In this document: piece by piece, positions 57,832 through 64,000 of the stretch
Layout of the letters: each line of letters starts with the position of its first letter
Position numbering within the stretch: position 1 is the first letter of the stretch
DNA from: a bacterium
GTDB lineage: Bacteria > UBA8248
Assembly (NCBI GenBank): GCA_965199855.1
Contig: OZ241326.1
Span: 2,880,001 to 2,944,000, forward strand
Direction of reading: 5' to 3'
DNA length: 64,000 nucleotides
The notes under the pieces: model-generated
What the model was told of the DNA's origin: nothing
The model's database searches: none
Seen by the model: the letters and a program-made list of their open reading frames with translations, nothing else
Position numbers and translations under genes: made by a program

Positions 57832-58287
57832 TCATCGCCACCACTTTCTTCCGTGCTTTTCAAACCACTCCTCGGCGCGGCGGGCGGCCTCCTCCCGCTG
57901 GGCGGGCGTCATCATTCCGCCGAGCGCGGGGACGGCTTTTCGCGCCAGCAGATTTCCGTTCTCGCCCGCGATCCTGAACCACTGGTGCGCCGCGACGTAG
58001 TCCCGAAGGACGCCCTCCCCCCTGTAATACATCGAGCCCAGCCTGTTCTGCGCGGCGTCGTGTCCCGCCTCCGCCGCCTGGCGGATCCACCGCAGCGCCT
58101 CCTTCTGGTCGCGCTGGACGCCGTATCCCACGGCGTGCATCTCGCCCAGGCGGAACTGCGCCCGCGCGCATCCGGCCTCCGCTCCCTTGAGATACCACCC
58201 CGCCGCCCGCTCGAAGTCCAGGGAGACGTAATCGCAGTAGCAACCGAGGACGAACCACAGCGTGGCCAGAAGACGATCCGCCGTCAC
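57832..58287 (-). CDS. Sel1-like repeat protein
   Basis: AQFRLGEMH..G.GV.RD..EA..W...AAEAG..AAQNRLGSMYYRGEGV.RDY..A..WF. Confidence 0.88.
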   Translation of the reverse strand: MTADRLLATLWFVLGCYCDYVSLDFERAAGWYLKGAEAGCARAQFRLGEMHAVGYGVQRDQKEALRWIRQAAEAGHDAAQNRLGSMYYRGEGVLRDYVAAHQWFRIAGENGNLLARKAVPALGGMMTPAQREEAARRAEEWFEKHGRKWWR

Positions 58288-58453
58288 TTCGCGCGCTCTC
58301 CGGTTCCGGGGCTGTTCCGCAGGGCTCCCGACGCGAAATCATACAGCGCGTCGCGCGATGAAGCCAGGGCGCGCGCCTCCCCGCGCGCTTGAAAAGGCGG
58401 CGCGGGTTCTGTATGTCACGAATGCGCCATTATCCATGGGGAGGAGAGAAGCG

Positions 58454-59068
58454 ATGCCGCAGACGACGATAGAATCGAAGGAGCAGCTCCGCGAGCGCTA
58501 CGGGCCGCCGAGCGAGCGGGGCGCCAAAAAGCAGATGTCGAAGCTGGACGAGCACGCGAAGAACTTCATCGCCCTCTCTCCGTTCCTGGTGATCGCCTCG
58601 GCCGCGGCGAGCGGGGCGGACGCCTCCCCCAAGGGAGACCCGCCCGGCTTCGTGAAGGTCATCGACGAGAACACCCTGCTCATCCCGGACAGGCCGGGCA
58701 ACAACCGCGTGGACACCATGGGCAACATCCTGGAGAACAGCCGCGTGGGCCTCCTCTTTCTCGTGCCCGGCATGTGCGAGACGCTGCGCGTGAACGGGCG
58801 GGCGCGCGTCACGACCGACCCCGCCCTCCTCGAGCCGCTCTCGGTGAAGGGCAGGACGCCCGTCTCGGGCGTGATCGTGGACGTGGACGAGGCGTATCTC
58901 CACTGCGGCAAGGCCGTCCTCCGCGCCAGCCTCTGGGATCCGGAGAAGCGCATCGACCGAAAGTCGTTTCCCTCGATGGGGCGGATGCTCGCCGATCAGA
59001 TCGGCGGCTACGACGCCGAGGAGCTCGACCGGGGGATTGAGGAGAGATACCGGACGGGCCTGTATTAG
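58454..59068 (+). CDS. Pyridoxamine 5'-phosphate oxidase-like FMN-binding protein (MSMEG_1061 type)
   Basis: DASPKGDPPGFV, IPDRPGNNRVD, ETLRVNGRA, YLHCGKA..R..LW. Confidence 0.9.
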   Translation: MPQTTIESKEQLRERYGPPSERGAKKQMSKLDEHAKNFIALSPFLVIASAAASGADASPKGDPPGFVKVIDENTLLIPDRPGNNRVDTMGNILENSRVGLLFLVPGMCETLRVNGRARVTTDPALLEPLSVKGRTPVSGVIVDVDEAYLHCGKAVLRASLWDPEKRIDRKSFPSMGRMLADQIGGYDAEELDRGIEERYRTGLY

Positions 59069-59103
59069 CGCGCCGCGCCGGCGGGGAGCGGCCGATCAAG
59101 AGC

Positions 59104-61290
59104 CGCGCCGTTTCGTCTTCGCAGGGGCGGCGCCTCTCCGGGGTCGCCCCGCGAACCGCCCGTTTTCAGGAAGGGTTCGCATCGGAGGAGGCGGGGCGTT
59201 CCCGAACGCCCCCTGCGGGATGGCGGCGCGGAGCAAGTGCGGGCGGATGCGCGCAAACGCCGCGGCCTTGCGAAATACCCCCTCCCGGCGCCTCTTTGTT
59301 TCCATAACCATTTTATTTTCAATGACTTGATATTTTTTCCGCGCCCCGAAGGGTCTTGAATTTGTCGAAAAAAGCTGCGAATTTGCGGGATAAGGCCGTG
59401 AATTTGTCTTATTTTGTCGAAAACGGGATCGTTTTCATCATGGCGAGGACGACGCGCGCGCGGCGCGCCTGTGGAACCCGCAATCCGGGGGTTGCGGGAC
59501 GCGCCCCGACGCCGGACGACAACCCCCGGATTCCGCAATCCTCCCTCCGCACCGGAATTGACGACGCGGGAACGGCGCGGGACGAAAAACGCCCTGATCC
59601 ACGCCCACGCCTTCGTCATCATCCGCTTCCCGAAGTCCATGCGTTCGCCGCCTCCCTCTCGCGGCGGATTCTCGCGCGTTCAGGGGAAGGCCCGACAGGC
59701 GCAAATGCGGGCAAATGCGCAATCGATCCCGGCAAGGCGGAGGGATTGGCCCGGCGGGGGTGGTCATAAACCAAACCCCGGATTCCGGCCTTCGCCGGAA
59801 TGACGGCGGAATGAGGACGCGGTGTGGACAACCACAGGGGGTTGTCCCTACGGGATTGAATCGCCGCCGCGTGAATCGCGGCACCCCGCAACGGGGCGCA
59901 AGAATGCGCCCCCTACGGGCGGGTGTGACGGTTTCGTAGGGGCGGTTCGTGAACCGCCCGTTGCGATAATCGATCGCCGCGCGAATTCGTGTCCATTACG
60001 GGCGGCGGCGATTTTGATTTGCGTAGGGGACGCATTCATGCGTCCCGCCCGGCGTTTCGCGGGGATACGGGCTTTATGATTCCGCAGGGACGGCCCCTCC
60101 CCGGGGCCGCTCCACAATTCGCGGGCCGCCCGTTTTGAAGGGAAGACAATCAAAACCCTGGATTCCGGCCTTCGCCGGAATGACGGGATTCCGGGGCGGC
60201 GCGCGGCGGAGGGGAAATCCTCGCCGCCGTCTCGATGTCGTTCCCTGTCAGATCGAAGGGACGCCGGGGTTGGCCTTTCGCCGTCATTCCGAGGGACGCC
60301 GGGGTTGGTTTTTCGCCGTCATTCCGGCGAAGGCCGGAATCCAGAACCGGGGCGCGCGGCGGCGAACGGGCGTTCCCGGCCAATCCATGCGCGGGTTCAT
60401 GGTTTCGTGGGGATGCGGGTTTTATGATTTCGCAGGGGCGGCCCCCTGCGACCGCCCGTCGTCAATGGCGAGGATGGGGTGGGGATATTGTAGGGGCGGT
60501 TCGGGAGCCGCCCGTTTTTTTGACGGCATGGGCCGACAACCCGGCGATTGTCCGTTTGGTCGGCGCGGCGGGTCGTTCACGAACGACCCCTACGGGATGG
60601 TTGCGGATTGACGGGATGAAAATGCGCCGGAGGGGAAATCCTCGCCGTCGTCTCGATGTTGCTCCCTGTCAGATCGAAGGGACGCCGGGGTTGGCCTTTC
60701 GCCGTCATTCCGGCGAAGGCCGGAATCCAGAACCGGGGCGCGCGGCGGTCAACGGATGTTCCCCGCCAATCCATGCGCGGGTTCATGGTTTCGTAGGGGC
60801 GGTTCGCGAGCCGCCCGTTGCGATAATCGATCGTCGCGCGAATTCGTGTCCATTACGGGCGGCGGCGATTTTGATTTGCGTAGGGGACGCATATATGCGT
60901 CCCGCCCGGCGTTTCGCGGGGACGCGGGTTTTATGATTCCGCAGGGGCGGCGCCTCCCCGGGGCCGCCCCACGATTCGTGAACCGCCCGTTTTACAAGGA
61001 AGACAACCAAACCCTGGATTCCGGCCTTCGCCGGAATGACGGCGGAAGGACGCGGGGCGGACAACCACAGGGGTTGTCCCTGCGGCGGGGCGCAAGAATG
61101 CGCCCCCTACGGGCGGGTGTGACGGTTTCGTAGGGGCGGTTCGTGAACCGCCCGTTTTGACGGCATGGGCCGACAATCCGGCGATTGTCCGTTCGGTTGA
61201 CGGCGCGGGTCGTTCCCGAACGACCCCTACGGGATGGTTGCGGATTGACGGGGTGAAAATGCGGCGGAGGACAACCCCCTGTGGTCGTCC
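59104..61290. repeat. REP mosaic array IV (~2.2 kb) including the conserved terminal block (59104-59720)
   Basis: GTAGGGGCGGTTC..GA(A/G)CCGCCC at 59936, 60490, 60793 and 61130; multiple GGATTCCGGCCTTCGCCGGAATGACG; internal direct repeats and inverted homology to array II. Confidence 0.92.
59320..59332 (-). promoter_or_regulatory. IHF consensus site (second copy)
   Basis: Reverse complement TATCAAGTCATTG matches WATCAANNNNTTR. Confidence 0.55.
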
Positions 61291-61409
61291 CTTGTCAAAA
61301 CAGAAGCCCCGGGTTCCGCGATCCCTCCCCCCGCAAGCGAAACGGGCGCGGGGGGCGATCGTCCGGCCCCCGCGCCCGCGGTGGAGAATTCGTCCGTCCG
61401 GCCGGCCGT

Positions 61410-64000
61410 CTAGAAGCGCAGACCCGCGCTCAGGCGGCCGCCGTAGGTCTCATCGTCGGTGCCCGCGCCGGAGGCGAAAACCTCCCCGCCTAGCGTGAGG
61501 CGTCCCCTGCGCCATTTCGCGCCGAGGCCCATCAGCAGGCGGCTCTTCTCGGCTTCCGCGGCGAGCTTGTGGCCGGAGACCTCGACCTCGGTCTCCTCGC
61601 CGCTCAGAACGCTCCCGTAGTCCACCGAGTAGCGCAGGGAGAGCCCGTCCCCTCCCCCGGCGGGAAGCGTCCGCGTCTCCACGACCAGCCCTCCTCCCGC
61701 CGTCACGCGGGTTCCGTCCAGGAGGCGGAAGCTCGCGCCGACCGCGTCCGTGAAGGAGTCGATCGAGACCCCCGAGCGCGAGATCCAGGCCCTCGGCGCG
61801 AGAACGAGCCTTCGGCCAAGAATCGCCAGGCGCACGCCCGCCTCGGCGTCCAGGGTGAGGACGCTCGCGCTCGCCGCGCGCAGCTTGCCGCGCCTCTTCG
61901 AGGAGAGGTCGGCGTCGTATTCCATGAGGGAGAGGCCGCCGCTCACGTACCAGCCCTCTCCGATATTCCAGGAGAGGCCCGCGCCCAGCCCGACGCCCTC
62001 CAGCTCGATCTCCCCCTCGCCGGAGGGCATGGAGGTCTCGGCCGAGCCCTTCCGGTAGCGGACCGAGAGCGAACCGGCGAGGCCCTCCGCCCAGGGGAAG
62101 CGCGCGCGCAGCCCGGCCTCCGCCCCGTAGGCGGAGAAGTCGTAGTCCGCGCCGGCGGCGGACAGGTCCGTCCCGCGGGAGCCCTGCTCCGTCGAAACCC
62201 GCGCCCAGACGGGCGAGCCCGCCGCGGTCGCCTTGGGCTCCCCCCGCGCGCGGCCGCTCTCCATGCGGAGCAGAAGCCCCGGAAGCGACTCATAGACGCC
62301 CGCGCGGGCGCCCAGGGTCTCGATGGAATTCTCCGGGGAGAACGTCCCGTCCGACCCGGCGCGGAGGGTCAGATCCCACGCGCCGTTGACCAGCCGCATC
62401 CCGTCCGCCGCGCGCGCGCCGTTGACGACCATGATCGTCTCGCCGTCTCCGCCCACGATCCTGCCGCCGACGACGTCCCGCAGCCGGCGGCCGTTGAGCT
62501 CGAGGCTGACGCTGAGCGTCCCGTCGCCCCCGCGAATCGCCACGCCGTTCATCCCGCTGATGACGCCCTCGGCGCCGACCGTGACGGCTCCGCCCCCGTC
62601 AAGGCTCACGGCGCCTATCCGCCCGTCCACGCGCACCTGGCTGGCCGCCAGATGAACCTCGCCCGTCACGACTCCGCCCCGGCGGACGGAGACCCGGTGA
62701 TCGCCGCTTCCCGCGCCCACGATGCTCCCGTCCACCGTGCCGGACACCACGGCCGCGAGGTCGCCCAGCGCGCGAATGTCGCCTTCCACCGTCCCGGCTA
62801 TGGCGACGCTCAGGTCGCCGGCCCCGCTCCGGATCGCGTCCCCGTCTCCCTCCACGCCCGTGAGCCGGCCCGTCTTCGCGACCGTCACCGTCCCGCCGCT
62901 CCCCAGCAGGACGCGCCCGACGCGGCCGCGAATCGTCATCGGGGCGGTCGGGTCGTGGACGGTTCCGTTGATCGCGCCGCCCTCCGGAACCGACACGGTC
63001 AGGTCGCCCGCGCCCATCGTCCGGAGGTCGCCGTTCAGCGTTCCCGATACGAGCGCGCGCAGGTCGCCGTCGTCCAGCACGCGGATGTCGCCCGTCACCG
63101 TTCCGGCCACCAGCGCGACCAGGTCGCTCGCCTTCGGCTCGTAGTCATCGGGCGGCTCCGCGGGCGGGGCGGCGCCGCTCCGGATCGCCTCTCCCTCGAC
63201 GCCCGTGAGCCGGCCCGTTTTCGCGACCGTCACCGTCCCGCCGCTCCCCAGCAGGACGCGCCCGACGCGGCCGTGAACCGTCATCGGGGCGGTCGGGTCG
63301 TGGACGGTTCCGGAGATCGAGCCGCCCTCCGGCACCGTCACCGTCAGAGCGCCCCCGCCCGCCGCGCGAACGTCGCCCACGACCGATCCCGACACGTGCG
63401 CGATCAGGTCGCCTCCGCCCAGCGCCTGAAGGTCGCCCACGACCAATCCCGATACGACCGCGCGCAGGTCGCCCGCGCCCATCGTCTGAAGGTCGCCCGC
63501 GACCTCGCCCGATTCCGATATCACCGCGTCCAGGTCGCCGTCGTCCCGCACGCGGATGTCGCCCACGACCAATCCCGCCACTCCCACGGTCAGGCCGCCC
63601 GCGGCCGGCGCGTAGTCCTCGTCCGCATCCGCGGGCGTGGCGACGCCGCTCGCTATCGCGAGGCCCGAATCCGAGGTCACCCTGCCCGTCGCCCCGATCT
63701 CCACGTGGCCGATGACCCTTTGATCCAGGAAGATGGCGGCGTCCACGTCCTTCTGTCCGCCCTCCGTCTCCACCGTCCCGTGGACGATCACGCGGTCGAC
63801 CGAGTCATTCGAGACCTCGAACCCGGGGGTGCGCCTCATGTAGATGCCGACGATGATGGGATGCAGGGCGTCGTTGGAGCCGTCGTTGTTCGTGTCAATC
63901 GGCCGCCAACCGTAGACCCAGCTTGTCTGGATGTAGAAGTTTCCGAGCCCGAACCGCGCCCGGTATTCCGCGTCCGCCCCCGTGTCGATCTCCGCGCGGA
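61410..64000 (-). CDS. Autotransporter 2 (5'-partial; starts beyond the window) with repetitive passenger
   Basis: Frame is open from 63998 to the stop at 61410; GDL..V.G.V.GD repeats; YESLPGLL linker, VWARVS, APRAW, LSAGLRF with terminal Phe. Confidence 0.9.
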   Translation of the reverse strand, partial: RAEIDTGADAEYRARFGLGNFYIQTSWVYGWRPIDTNNDGSNDALHPIIVGIYMRRTPGFEVSNDSVDRVIVHGTVETEGGQKDVDAAIFLDQRVIGHVEIGATGRVTSDSGLAIASGVATPADADEDYAPAAGGLTVGVAGLVVGDIRVRDDGDLDAVISESGEVAGDLQTMGAGDLRAVVSGLVVGDLQALGGGDLIAHVSGSVVGDVRAAGGGALTVTVPEGGSISGTVHDPTAPMTVHGRVGRVLLGSGGTVTVAKTGRLTGVEGEAIRSGAAPPAEPPDDYEPKASDLVALVAGTVTGDIRVLDDGDLRALVSGTLNGDLRTMGAGDLTVSVPEGGAINGTVHDPTAPMTIRGRVGRVLLGSGGTVTVAKTGRLTGVEGDGDAIRSGAGDLSVAIAGTVEGDIRALGDLAAVVSGTVDGSIVGAGSGDHRVSVRRGGVVTGEVHLAASQVRVDGRIGAVSLDGGGAVTVGAEGVISGMNGVAIRGGDGTLSVSLELNGRRLRDVVGGRIVGGDGETIMVVNGARAADGMRLVNGAWDLTLRAGSDGTFSPENSIETLGARAGVYESLPGLLLRMESGRARGEPKATAAGSPVWARVSTEQGSRGTDLSAAGADYDFSAYGAEAGLRARFPWAEGLAGSLSVRYRKGSAETSMPSGEGEIELEGVGLGAGLSWNIGEGWYVSGGLSLMEYDADLSSKRRGKLRAASASVLTLDAEAGVRLAILGRRLVLAPRAWISRSGVSIDSFTDAVGASFRLLDGTRVTAGGGLVVETRTLPAGGGDGLSLRYSVDYGSVLSGEETEVEVSGHKLAAEAEKSRLLMGLGAKWRRGRLTLGGEVFASGAGTDDETYGGRLSAGLRF

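Noticed and set aside
57682-58300. tRNA-Cys as an integration site of a genomic island
   Set aside because: No integrase and no duplicated tRNA 3' end seen in the window.
59104-61290. CRISPR array or integron attC cassette array
   Set aside because: Repeats are heterogeneous, in both orientations and irregularly spaced; spacers recur; no cas or integron integrase gene and no cassette ORFs in the window.

Overview
GC-rich chromosomal window from a diderm bacterium (about 70% GC by eye). It has outer-membrane barrels, a lipoprotein and a Tat substrate; the Sel1/TPR/FG-GAP proteins, autotransporters and DUF1640-like genes suggest a host-associated lifestyle (inference). Housekeeping and metabolic blocks: class-V aminotransferase-serA-hisZ-purA-ccdA; TPP riboswitch-thiC; hemE-hemH-hemY; tRNA-Cys; a CUT1 ABC system followed by DUF1302-DUF1329-YCF48-RND; LeuCD-like, FAH and HpcH genes; two LLM monooxygenases. 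Unusual parts: (1) A RAYT/TnpA(REP) HUH nuclease with a REP inside its own CDS, plus large non-coding arrays built from several GTAG-type and one CGTC-type REP families whose spacers recur in shuffled order. The two largest arrays lie downstream of the two autotransporter genes, in the same relative orientation, and end in the same ~480-bp block with three 21-bp direct repeats and a perfect IHF consensus. (2) A perfect (CCGACTCA)25 tract at the 5' end of an autotransporter, a candidate phase-variation switch that is currently in frame. (3) Two inverted promoter+gene cassettes for DUF1640-like coiled-coil proteins with shuffled 7/11-residue units, bracketing ~8 kb. (4) A Slam/T11SS with a stalked TbpB-like lipoprotein behind a G12 tract. 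(5) A NYN nuclease behind a structured leader. All protein calls come from motif recognition; no database search was run.
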